A DNA stretch of 64,000 nucleotides, taken from assembly GCA_047495785.1 (NCBI GenBank), contig JBLDXI010000042.1, positions 5,084,001 through 5,148,000 of the forward strand. Reading direction: 5' to 3'. Within the stretch, counting starts at the first letter, position 1. Every line of letters begins with the position of its first letter. The stretch is from Lepidodermella squamata (Eukaryota > Animalia > Gastrotricha). Of the stretch, positions 37,066-48,599 are shown piece by piece. The notes beneath the pieces were generated by a model. The model had not been told where the DNA came from, ran no database searches, and saw nothing but the letters and a program-made list of their open reading frames with translations. The position numbers were made by a program, and so were the translations under genes.

Positions 37066-39038
37066 TCATAGGTCATCGTGAACAATGGTGTACCGCATCG
37101 GAGACGGGCCAAGCTTAGCGAACGCAGATTCCGGCGGCTTGATCGTTTCCGCCTTGACAACCTCAGCCTGCTTCAATTTCACCGCCTCTCGCTTGCTCAA
37201 CTTCTTCGTCGCCAGCCCAACCGGTTTCGGCAACATCGGAGTCGTTGATCCGACGATGTCTTCATCTTTTACATTGGCTAGATGCTCTGTTGTAGTCGTT
37301 GTGCTCAGCTCAGTCGTAGTAGTAGGGGCCGGAGCTTCCGTCATGCTTGGTGGGACTTGAGCCGGGGCTGGAGCTGGCTGGTTAATGCTGATAATTTGAA
37401 CCCCGGGCGCGTTATTGTTCTGCTGATCTTGAAACTGCTGTATAGCCTGTTGCATCCGCATTTGTTCAGCTATATGAAAATCCTGATGCAACTTGCCGCT
37501 GATCATGTCTAGCACAAACTGCCGCAGGTGGTATTGATTCGGCTCTTCCAATTTCGCTTTGACATCCGTAGAAGGGAAAACGTACATATGCTTCAAATCG
37601 TCGATAGCAATGACTGGCAAATCGTTGATTGATTTACCAAGTCTTGTCAAAGGATGAGTGAATACGAAGCCATCGGCAATAAGAGCGTTGAGTCCGGTTG
37701 TTTGATCGCCCAGTTGCCGGTCGACTTCTGCCATGTAAGTTTTGATGACGGCTTTATCGTCTGGGTTGTAGAATAGGATTAGCATAGGCAGGCCTTCTTC
37801 TGTTAGGGCTTCGGCATTTTCGAAGGTTATCTCGCGGACTATTGGTCGGCAGTGGGTGTATAGAAATTTGTGGAGAAGGTTCAGATCGTTCAGGTCGTCA
37901 TCGAAGTCGTGCGACTCTTGAGTCTGTTAAAATGTGTGAAAACAACAGTGATTATGTTGCTTCCACGAAGCACTTTATTTCGGAACAAAGTGGCAATTTT
38001 ACCGAAGTAAGCTCGAAACAACCCGATGACAAGAAATTAGCCCTTTTCGGTATGTTTCCTGCATCGACCAACGTCAAGTACTGAATGGTTCATTCGAATT
38101 AAGGAGATAAGTCAAGGATAAATCGCTTTGAGGAGATTTTCCGGCAAATGAAAAAATATGAAAAATTCTCAAACCCCCGAAACCTCTATCCATTTCGAAA
38201 AATACCGAAAATAAGCAATTCAATTACCATTAGAAGGTTTTCTATCGGGGTTTTCTATCTAACCGGGGTTTCTATCAAATTCTGTGGAATCTTTATGCTC
38301 TATATCGTTAAGGGAATTTGCTATGCCCAGTAAAAATCTTCAAGACTTACCATTGGCGAGTAGAAGCGAATCTTGAACGCATCTGTAGCCTTGATGATCT
38401 CCTCAGGCAAGTCATCGCCAACATAAGCATGGAACTTGCATTCATCCCTCAGCGAGATGGCTTGCTTCCGTATGAATTCCAAAACATTCATAGACGAAGC
38501 GTCATCTTTCCTTGAGGCCCTTGCCACAATCGCAATGTGCCTGGCTTTCTCACTGAATTGAAGAATTGACGCAAGATCCGTGGAATATTCGATAGGATCT
38601 TTCAATTGAGCTTCGACGTATTGAGCCAAAGCGTCTGGAGTTCTCGGCCCTCGATACTCCAATCTCGCCGTCGTGCCACTCCGGACTAGTTTAAGAGTTG
38701 GGTATTTGTTAACGCCGTACCGTTGGCAGATACTTGCGCCTTCACCAGGACAATCGACTCGGGTGAAAACAATTCTAGACCCGTCGTACTTTTGAGCTAT
38801 AATATTTGACGCTTCCTCATAGACAGGCGCCAGTTGCCGCGAGTAAGGACACCAGTCTGCGAAGAAGTTCATGAAAACCAGCTCGGATTTTGCCAAAACT
38901 GTTGCAATATTGACTTCCTCCAGCCTCATGATCTCACAGAAAGACAGGCTGATCGATAGGATCTAGGATGGGGAAAAGTCTTAACAACGGTAACCAAGGA
39001 CGCCTAAAGCATACCGAAATCACGGCGAACCTCAGCAT
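37066..39038 (-). CDS. ERP44: ERp44-like ER protein 1 (exons 39038-39015, 38962-38351, 37923-37066); CPYS motif, ends HDDL
   Basis: Signal peptide, FFADWCPYS, RVDC, KYPTLKL, EYRGPR, PIVREITFENAEALTEEGLP, IAIDDLKHMY, SGKLHQDFH, PPESAFAKLGPS..RY. This is the most canonical copy. Confidence 0.92.
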
Positions 39039-39147
39039 GACCAGTGTCTTAGATTTTAAATAAAAACCTAGGAAAAATTCGGAAAATTAAATAGCACATC
39101 TTTAATTTTAAGGAAGACTTTTCGCTTTCATTCAAAATAGATATTTC

Positions 39148-40544
39148 TTATAGTTCATCCCTGGCTTTTGAGTAGCGCAAGTAGGACGGACCCAGTCGAG
39201 CAAAAGCAGACTCAGGCACGTCACGGTATGGCATATTAGCATCAACAAAGTCTGGGACGTTCCTCCCCATTGCCATAGGATTCATTTCTTCAGGAAGCAC
39301 AGCCTTTCCAAGATGAGGCTCCGCCGTAGTCGAATTATCCGCCTCAGCATTTTTTAACGCAGCAGCTTGTTCTGCTGCTTCTTTCTCAGCCTGTAAGGCT
39401 TGTTCATTCGCGTGAAATTCCATATGCAACTGCCCAGAGTACAACTGATGGGCAAATTCGCGAATCAACCCAGGCGTTGCCATTTCTTTAGTTGGCCTAG
39501 GGAAAATGTACATATGCTTGAAGTCGTCGATAGCCAAAACAGGCAGGTCCTTCTCAGTCCGGCCGAGTTGTTTCAGAGGCAGTTTGAACTTGGTTCCATC
39601 AGCGAAAACTGCTTTTATGGCGAAGCGATGGTCTGGGATTTCACGTTCGACGTAGGCAGCATAGTCTTTGATGATGTCGCGGTCCTCGGGGTCGTAGAAA
39701 AGGATAAGGAGGGGAATTCCGCGTTCTGCAATGTGTTCAGCATTATCGAAGGTGATTTCCTCAGTTAACGGAATGCAGTTGTCTTCGACCCAATTTTTCA
39801 GGTCTTCGTAATTCTCGGCATTGCCTGGGAACTCGATGTGCCTCTCCTTAACCTGGATTGATGAAAAAGGACGCAACGGATTATCAAAGAAATCTGAGGA
39901 TGACTTACCTCAGGCCATGTGAAACGGAACTTATACGGGGCATTGCCCATCAAATCTCGATCTTCTCCTGTTAGTATCCCGACGAAAGCGTGAAATCTGC
40001 AGTCATCTCTATGCTGATAAGCTATATCCTCCAAATTTTTCAGGGCTCGTTGCGTAGGGTCGGCAAGATTATGGTCAGGCTGAATCATCATAGTTACATG
40101 GCGTTCATTTTCAGTCAGGTCTAATAACTGATCGTAGTAGTCAAGGTAGTCGATAGGGTACGTGCGCTCCTTCTCAAAGTATTTTTTGAACGCTTCGACA
40201 GTTCTAGCGCCTTTGTACTCGAGTCTAGCGAGGAGGCCACGGCGGAATAGCCGCAAAGTAGGGTATTTATCTACGTTAACTTGCTGGCACCACGGTCGCC
40301 CGCCCTCTTCGCAATTCACCCGAGCAAGGCGGACGTTGGACATGTTGGGCATTTTGGCGAGTTGATTTGCGGTTTCTTCGAAGATTGGCACCAAATTTTG
40401 GCTGTGGATGCACCAGTTGGCGTAGAAATTGACCAGTGTTAGGTCGAAGTCTTTAATGACTTCCGGCGTGCTGATTTCTAGCACGGCGCTTTCAGCGAGG
40501 GCAAGCGGCGATGCTAGCAGCAGAAGAACGGAAGCTGCCAACAT
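39148..40544 (-). CDS. ERP44: ERp44-like ER protein 2 (exons 40544-39909 and 39852-39148); CIHS motif, ends RDEL
   Basis: Signal peptide, NFYANWCIHS, KYPTLRL, EITFDNAE, AIDDFKHMY, PESAFARLGPS; 56-nt phase-0 intron. Confidence 0.92.
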
Positions 40545-42449
40545 TTGGATGCGAAAATAATGATGGCAAATGGGTATTTTTTATAATATTTCAGCTAAAT
40601 ACAAACTAAAACCTGAAACGAGACGAGCAATATATATAAATATCTAAAAATTCAAAGTTATGATTCATCTCGAGAAAACCTGAAAATTCCGTCAAATAAA
40701 AATAAGGGATACTCATAGAGAACAGAAGTACAAGAGAGGAAACTCACGCTGGAAACTTGAAACATTAATTCGAAGCGGTTTTTTTAAGCCGGATCTTTTT
40801 ACAAAATGCGTGTAATTTTTTAGCGCACTTTTCTCGCGCAAACCCACAAAATTTCGGCAAAGCTTTTCTCCGGCTGTACTACTTCAAATCGGATTCCCCT
40901 TTTTATGGTGAATAGACCTGGTCTTGAACTTCAAAATTGCAAAAGGTTAGGTAAATATATGTGCATATATGCAACGGCTAAGTAAGAAGTACAGAAGTAC
41001 AGAAGTGGTTTGCCAGATGAAGATTTTACAACAAAAGGATATCACCGAATGACGAATTTGCCGCTTGGGAACGGATATTTCCACGCCCATTACGTGAAAA
41101 AGTGGGTGTTACTCCAACACTTCCTAAAAATTTGCTATTGCGTATACGGACCCGCCCCTTTGGGGTTAAGTAGTTTAAAGCATTTTCTATCTCCATGCAA
41201 AAATTTATTTAAATCGGCGACACACCGTTCGACGAAAAAATTCGTTGAAAATGAGCTATTTTTGCGAAATTTTTCGCTGAATTCGCCTTATCTTAGTGCG
41301 AGCAACAGCTAATAATTATGAATCATTGCTGCATTTTTTGCATGGTGATGATTTATAATTTGTGCAAAAAGATCACACCAAGATTATTAGGAATACTTCC
41401 AAATGTGTATAGAAATAAAAAAATCGGAATCGATCTAGATATCGGGACAATATTGACGTGAAATATCCCATGCTTCCGAAAATCAGCAATCATTTATCAA
41501 CCAGCCATTTCCCAATTTTTCTAGTCCAAAAGCGCAGGGCACAGTGACACAAGCCTTTTGGTTGACATTTATAGCGCATACTCCAGCGGATATACTACAT
41601 AGCGCTTAACATCCAGAAACATCTCTCTATGTGTGTATGTCGCAACAGAACGCGTGAAAAAGTCAAGACGTAATAAAAGCGCGACAATAGCCACAGCTCA
41701 ACACAGTGCCCCGAAATTGCACAACAATAATACGCGCTCAGGACTCAGAACAAGCGCACATCTGCATCCTTAGTACTAGCGCGCAGTGTTTTTTGGAAAC
41801 AAAAGACACATATAAAGGTAGCAGACCCATAGCTGCTTTGCCTTATGCGCAGAAACCACCACCACTGCAAGACCTCGGCATTAGCTAGCAGGTAGTATGC
41901 TAGGTAGGTATAGAATCAATAACAATGCACGCCGGCTGTGGTCTACGTATTCACGTATGCATGTTCATTATTATTACACTGTAAAAAGCGTTTTATACTA
42001 TTAAGATATGCCACGTGGCACGTTTTGCGGCCTGGTCACACTGCTAGAATTAATTTGTATCTCAAAGAATTATTGGGTGAAATCTTACACGATTTCCTCT
42101 CTCCGATAAAACTGCCGATAATTGATCTGGTTCGGGAAAGAAAAATGTGTCTCCCAGAAAGTTCAATTCAAACAATAGGCGTAGTTTCGAAAAAATGTTG
42201 GTGCGAAAATGATAAAGACTTAAAATCTGAATCTGGCCGGTGCCTGGTTGCCTGGCAACCGCATATTAGCCCTGGTGAGAACATTTTGTCGAGTAGCTAA
42301 AACCTAGGGTGTCTAGAAGGCTGTCGTATGGTATGCCATTGTCATTCATGCGTGTGGCCTTCTCGAATTTTCATTCATCACCAAATTTAACGCACCAAAT
42401 TGCAGGGAAAGAAAAACACTGGAAATGAATGACAATTTTATTGATTTCC

Positions 42450-43631
42450 TTAGAGTTCCTCAATTTCTCTGAATGAATATTTCTTATCAGACGGTTCATA
42501 TCGCTTAAAGCGGGATTCCGGAACCGGCAATTTGCCATCCAGAACTTTCAGTGTTTGTTGATGCAGCGATCCAGAGTAGTAGCCATACGAAAGCTTGCGA
42601 AGAGCCGAATCTCGCGACATTTCGGAGACAGAATCCGGTAAAAGGTATAAATGCTTGAAGTCATCCAAAGCTAAAAACGGGAGGTCATCAATTGTTTTCC
42701 CCAACTTCTCCAGAGCTGTTTTAAACTTTGTCCCATCAGCGTAAACAGCTTTCAACGACCTTCGATAGTCACCTAAATCTTTCTTCACAGTTTTGATGAA
42801 ATTCTTGACGGTTTTTTGATCGTTGGGTTGGTGGAATAGGATCAGAAGTGGAATCTTCTCCTCTGCAAACATCTCAGCATTGGCCTTAGTGATTTGTTGA
42901 GCGAGAGGGACGCAGTGATTCTCAGCCCACGGACGGAACTCGTCAATATCCCCGGCGTGATCTTCAAACTCGACAAAAGCATCTTCGTAAGACCGATCAA
43001 GGAAAAGAACTTTGTAGTTCGAGTCGCCGATCGTATCCTGAGGCATATCGTCACCAATGTAAGTCACAAAACGGCAATCATCAGATAACCACGATCCTAA
43101 TTCGTTCAAATTCGCTAGAACGTTATCGGCCGCTCCAGATTTTCGATACTTCCCCGTAATCAAAGTTACGACATAACGATTTTTCGCGTCCAAAGCTTCG
43201 ATTTCATCGAGGCTTTTCGCGATTTTGACCGGGCTCTCCAAATGGTGGTTCACATACTTCTTCAAAGGCTCGACCTCACGCTTCCCAATGTAGTCCCTTC
43301 GAATTGGTTTGCCTTTTCGGAAAATTTTGAGAGTAGGAAGCTTTTTGATCTGGAATTCATCGCAGAGAGCCATGCCATCATAACGGCCGCCATTTTCGTC
43401 GCAATCAACCTCGGCGAAGGTTATTTTTTGCTCCTCGGCGTAAAATTCAGCCAGCTCTTCGAAAACAGGAGCCAATTTCTGGCTGTGCTCGCATCGCTTC
43501 GAGTAGAACTTGACAAAAATTAAATCTTTGCTGTTGAGTTGATGAAAAGTTTCGCCGCCTGTCCTCACAACACTGGAAGCTTTCACCAAGGTTAAACTAA
43601 TGGTTAATAATAAATAAAAGAAGCTTCGCAT
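42450..43631 (-). CDS. ERP44: ERp44-like ER protein 3 (single exon); CEHS motif, ends IEEL
   Basis: Single ORF with signal peptide MRSFFYLLLTISLTLVKA, KFYSKRCEHS, KLPTLKIF, IPLLILFH, ALDDFKHLY, PESRFKRYEPS. Confidence 0.9.
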   Translation of the reverse strand: MRSFFYLLLTISLTLVKASSVVRTGGETFHQLNSKDLIFVKFYSKRCEHSQKLAPVFEELAEFYAEEQKITFAEVDCDENGGRYDGMALCDEFQIKKLPTLKIFRKGKPIRRDYIGKREVEPLKKYVNHHLESPVKIAKSLDEIEALDAKNRYVVTLITGKYRKSGAADNVLANLNELGSWLSDDCRFVTYIGDDMPQDTIGDSNYKVLFLDRSYEDAFVEFEDHAGDIDEFRPWAENHCVPLAQQITKANAEMFAEEKIPLLILFHQPNDQKTVKNFIKTVKKDLGDYRRSLKAVYADGTKFKTALEKLGKTIDDLPFLALDDFKHLYLLPDSVSEMSRDSALRKLSYGYYSGSLHQQTLKVLDGKLPVPESRFKRYEPSDKKYSFREIEEL

Positions 43632-43845
43632 CTTAATGTATGAAAGGTAAAACAATAACAGTCCATTGAAGCATCGCTTTGTTTATTGTTTTGATGTTTT
43701 TAATTACTGAGCTAGTGCACTGGTTGATGATCTTGAACTCACGAAAAAAACATGCAAATAATCTCGAAAATTCGTTTATTCTCGATACTTCCGATGGAAT
43801 GAAAGATTTTGAAAGGAGCATTCTAATTTCAAGTGATTGCAAGAT

Positions 43846-45202
43846 TTAAAGCTCATCACCATCACGCCTAACAATTGTGTATCGCTGTTCATTAGGTTTA
43901 AATTCTTTGAAGATAGACTCAGGTACTGTTGTTGGAATTGATGGCGCTACAGCTGTTACTGTTCCATCATCCTCTATGATGTACTTTTTCTTGACGGGAA
44001 CTCCCCGCGCGCCTCGAATCGCCGCCTCCTTTTCCTCTACAACCTTCTTCTCAAGCTCGTGGAATTCGTTGTGCAGCTTCCCGTTGTAGAGGTCGAAAAC
44101 AAAAGAGCGCAGAGGCCAATGCGGGGCCTCGAATTTTTCGACCAAAGTTGGGAAATTATACATATGCTTGAAGTCATCAATCGCAATCACCGGCAAATCA
44201 TCCACTGTTTTGCCCAACTTCGCTAAAGGTTCAGGAAATTCAGTTCCATCAGCGTAGACTATCTTAATGTTGTATCGGTGATCCGGCAATTGTGTTCGAA
44301 TTGCTTTACCAAAGCGGAGAACGATGTCTCTATCCTTAGCAGGGTCGTAGAACAAGATGAGGAGCGGAATTCCACGCTCTGTGATACGTTCAGCATTTTC
44401 ATAGGTCATTTCCTCCACCAATGGGTTGCAATTATGCTCGGGCCACCATCTTATCGTATCGTTCTCCAATTCCTCCGGACCGATCTCTAACGATTCTTCG
44501 AGCTGAAATATTTAGAACATATTCACAATAAATCAAATTATGCTGTAGACAGCCTCTTACCACTTTGTACATGTATTTTAGTTTATAAGGCTGGTGGCTG
44601 CCTAAAACGTTTCGCGGCATATCATCGCCGACGTAATAGTGGAACTTGCAGTAGTCGCGAAGGGTTTCGCTGTATTTTTCGATCTCTTGAAATACTTTTT
44701 TCCCAGCTTCAGTTTCCATAGCTCCTTTCCTCATCAGCAGCACAAGATGGCGTTCCTTGTCGTCGAATTTCGCAACCTCAGTGTAGCTCGAGGCTTGTTC
44801 GAACTTGTGAAGAGCGACTTCTTTGAGGTACTTCTTCAACGCCTCCACAGTTCGATCGCCTTTGTACTCTATCTTAGCCCATTCACCCTTGTACCACAGC
44901 CTGATAGTTGGGTATTTTTCGACTGCCATTTGTCGGCAGAATTCCGCGCCGTCTTTATCGCAGGCAACTCGGGCAAGTCGGATCTCTGCCATATCCGGGT
45001 CATTTGCGATTTCGCTAGCTGTTGCCTCGTAAATTGGCGCCAATCGTTGGCTGTGGATGCACCAGTCAACGGCGAAATTGAACAGAACTGTTTTATATGG
45101 GTGGACGGTGTGCATGCCCCATGCATCGATGACTTTGCCAGGTTCGTGAGCCGACGTGACGGCGATAAGCAGTGCAAAGCCGAGCAAACTCCGCAAAATC
45201 AT
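43846..45202 (-). CDS. ERP44: ERp44-like ER protein 4 (exons 45202-44561 and 44502-43846); CIHS motif, ends GDEL
   Basis: Signal peptide, FAVDWCIHS, KYPTIRL, EMTYENAE, IAIDDFKHMY, GKLHNEFH; 58-nt intron at the shared position. Confidence 0.92.
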
Positions 45203-46474
45203 TATGTTAACGTCGTAAAATAGAGTGATGATGCACTAGGATGAATTTTTACGCTATGTTATTATATTTACTGGCTATTCATATTTTTAAAGTGTGCGTG
45301 GCGCCCCTCATGCTTACTGCTTACGTGGCATGTTATTAGAGTTGTAAAACGTAAAAAAAGAAATTAGGAGGTCGCTCCTTGAGAAAAACGGCCAAGGATT
45401 TTTCTAGAATAGTGGCATCTCGATTCTTGATTTATGTAGTGTGAAACAAGTTAAGAAATAGGTCGAATTTCCCAAGCTGAATGTATATAGCTGCTATGGC
45501 TTTATCCCTGGTTACCTTAAAAATGCAGAGTCATAGTGACATTTAATTGGCTTGATTCATCACATCTATTTTCATATTAGCAAGGATGGATCGCATTTGA
45601 AGATGATGTCTTGAAAATTGCACAGATTTACAAAGCATTTAGGTACACATTAATTTTAGTGCCGAAAAATCGGAAAGTCGACAATGACGTAAGTAATCCA
45701 ATTCAAGAGGACAGTTTATAACGAGCTGCTATGTATGGGACCTTGATGCTTTTTCAAGGAAAAAGAGAAGGAGAGTGTACAAAGGACAGGAGAGACCATT
45801 GGTCGAATAATTTAGAATTAAGAAAATAATGATTGCAATTTTATCCCTAGCGATTTTCATTCACAGCGACGTCGGGATAGAATCCAAGACAACACTTGCA
45901 ACCTTGAGCAAATTGCTGCGGGTGAAAGTATAAAGGATAAATTCTAGGGATGGTTGCTAAAATACTACCGTTTTACTCCCCAATAATTGACATTAGTTTT
46001 TGGTTATAAGATTCAAAGAGAAGCTGCACTGGCGAAAAGCTGGTTAGTTGATTAGCCCCGTAGCTGTTTACTGTTTATCTTTTTATCGTGTATGTGTGTA
46101 TATGACTCGCGGTGCCTTTTGCAGCCATAAAATGTGAATTAAAAAATAGCGGATATCAAAAGCGAACGCAGCTCCTATAATGATGTTCGAGGTTTTGGAT
46201 AGTTCTCCGTTCTCCAGATCCTTCATCGAAAATTGAAAAATAAGTGAGCTTTAGATCAAAGTACCAAAGACATCTCTAAAATCAGCTATCATCCAAATTT
46301 TCCGTATCAAACTTGATGAGCAAAATGAACGCAAATACGATAATCAACAGCCCTTTATTGGAGTAGGACGAAAATAATCTCAATTTTCCCGACGGTCCAA
46401 CGTCAAATGTACATTCAAGCAGTGCAGATTGAAAGAATCAATTTTACAGGGTATTATATTATGAAATAACTTGC

Positions 46475-47827
46475 TTAGAGCTCATCATCGTGTCTAATAA
46501 AGGTGTATTTGTCTTCTGAAGGCTTTAGTTCTCTGAACGTTGACTGAGGCACTGATGTGAGCACAGTAGGCTGAACTTCAGTCACAGTTCCATCCTCCTC
46601 AACCTTATACTTCTTCTTCACAGCGACACCTCTCGCACCTCGAATGGCAGCCTGTTGTTCTTCCAGAAGTCTTTTTTCATTCTCATGGAATTGCTCATGT
46701 AACCTGCCGTTGTGGAGGTCGTAAACAAAGGTTAGAAGAGACCAATGTTCATCGAATTTGTCGACCAACTTCGGGAAGTTGTACATATGTTTGAAGTCAT
46801 CGATCGCAAGCACCGGCAAATCGTCCACAGTTTTGCCCAGCTTTTCCAACGGCTTTGTAAATTTAGTTCCATCAGCGTAGACCGCTTTAACCGCCCATCG
46901 TTCATTATGTAACTGCCTTCGAACTTCTGCGGAGAAGCGAAGCAGGATTTCGGGGTCTTTAGGGTTGTAGAAGAGGATCAGTAGAGGGATTCCGCGTTCT
47001 GTAATCTGCTCGGCATTTTCGTAGTTGATTTCCTCTAGCAATGGATTACAATGTTGCTCCAGCCAAGGTTTCATCGTTTCGTTGTTCAACTCTTCAGCGC
47101 CAATTTCAAAAGATTCCTTGAGCTGAAAGATTATGAGCGAAAAATATTGAAATGGAGATCTAAATCAGTATTAAACTACACTTACCACATGGTACTGATA
47201 CACGATTTTGTGCGGCTGATGACTGCTTAGCATGTCCTTGGGTATATCGTTGCCAACGTAGAAATGGAATTTACAGAAATCCCGTAGAATTTCACTTTGT
47301 GTTTGCACCGCTGCAAATAGAAGTCTGCCCTCATCTTTTTCAATACTGGACAATCGCATTAACAGAATAATGTGCCGATCAGTATCTTCAAATTTCGCGA
47401 CTTCTTCCGGCTTGAAGGCCTGTTGAAACGTGTGGATAGCTACGTTGCTAAGGTATTGCTTAATTGCCTCGACAGCTCGATCGCCTTTATACTCCAACTT
47501 AGCCCATTCGCCTTTGAAGTATAGCCTGATTGTAGGGTATTTATTCACTAGTAACTGCCGGCATAACGGCGCGCCTCCTTTATCGCAAGAAACACGAGCG
47601 AGCCGAAATGAGTCGAACTTTGAATCGTATGACATCTCGCGGGCTGCTTCGTCGAAAATCGGTGCCAGTTTGCGGCTATGATGGCACCACTCCGCGACGA
47701 AACTCACCAGCACGATTCGATAGGCTGACAGCTGTGACTCGTCGCTAATTTCGATTACTGAACCCGGCGGCTCGCTTGCCATAGCGAATTGCACAGCTGC
47801 AAACCCAAAAAGGCTTAGCAAGAGCAT
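46475..47827 (-). CDS. ERP44: ERp44-like ER protein 5 (exons 47827-47186 and 47122-46475); CHHS motif, ends DDEL
   Basis: Signal peptide, FVAEWCHHS, KYPTIRL, EINYENAE, LAIDDFKHMY; closest to copy 4. An alternative in-frame ATG lies at 47854. Confidence 0.92.
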
Positions 47828-48350
47828 TTCAAAGATTCCTGGTTCTAAAAACATTGGAAAACATTTGTTACTTGGAAGCCTATACTAATCGCTCACAAAA
47901 TGCTTCATCGGCTGAGGCTAACTGTGAGAGGCAGAGAGTATCAAAGCCTAAAAGAAGGCTGTTATTCTTAGACCCCTATCAAAATTCAGAAGCAGACGGG
48001 CATAGGTACCCATCTGAAATTGGAGGTAGGGATAATCAGCGCAATCACACAGACTAGAAGTCGACAAATTCATCCCAACTTAATCCACATTCACAACTAG
48101 ACGAAAAACATGAATAGCCGGTGGGTGAAATGATGATGTTTAATTGTGGGTCAGGAAATGTCTCCATTTCTCGATCCTGCGCAAAAGAACAGCATAAAAC
48201 CGGCTAATAATTCGCAATTAAGTTGCAAATTAGTTGCAATTGGGATGTGGGATGTGGCGATTACATTCTAGAAAATAACCGGCTGAATTCCGAGATCTGG
48301 TGCTTCCGCACGCTGCAAAGCACGGTTTCGTGATTTTGAAAGAAGCGCGC

Positions 48351-48358
48351 TGACGTGG
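48351..48358 (+). promoter_or_regulatory. Candidate unfolded-protein-response element (TGACGTGG) about 520 bp above ERp44-like copy 5
   Basis: Exact match to the XBP1/ATF6-type UPRE octamer. A short motif, so a chance match is possible. Confidence 0.35.
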
Positions 48359-48599
48359 CGCGTGACGAGATCAAGGGTTACAGCCGCCTATTAATATAAA
48401 TAGCGTCCCTAATATACGTCATTAAGAACAATGGCTTGTCATGCCAAACGTGACGTCGCATGCTGCAAAGGATGCACTCCACATAACAGATTAGCGTAGT
48501 TTTTTACTACGACGTAATAAGTAATAAGGATTAATTGTTACGCGTTTTTTTGGTTCCAGAATCTTCCGAAGAACATAAATTGTGAGAATCTGATTTTAT

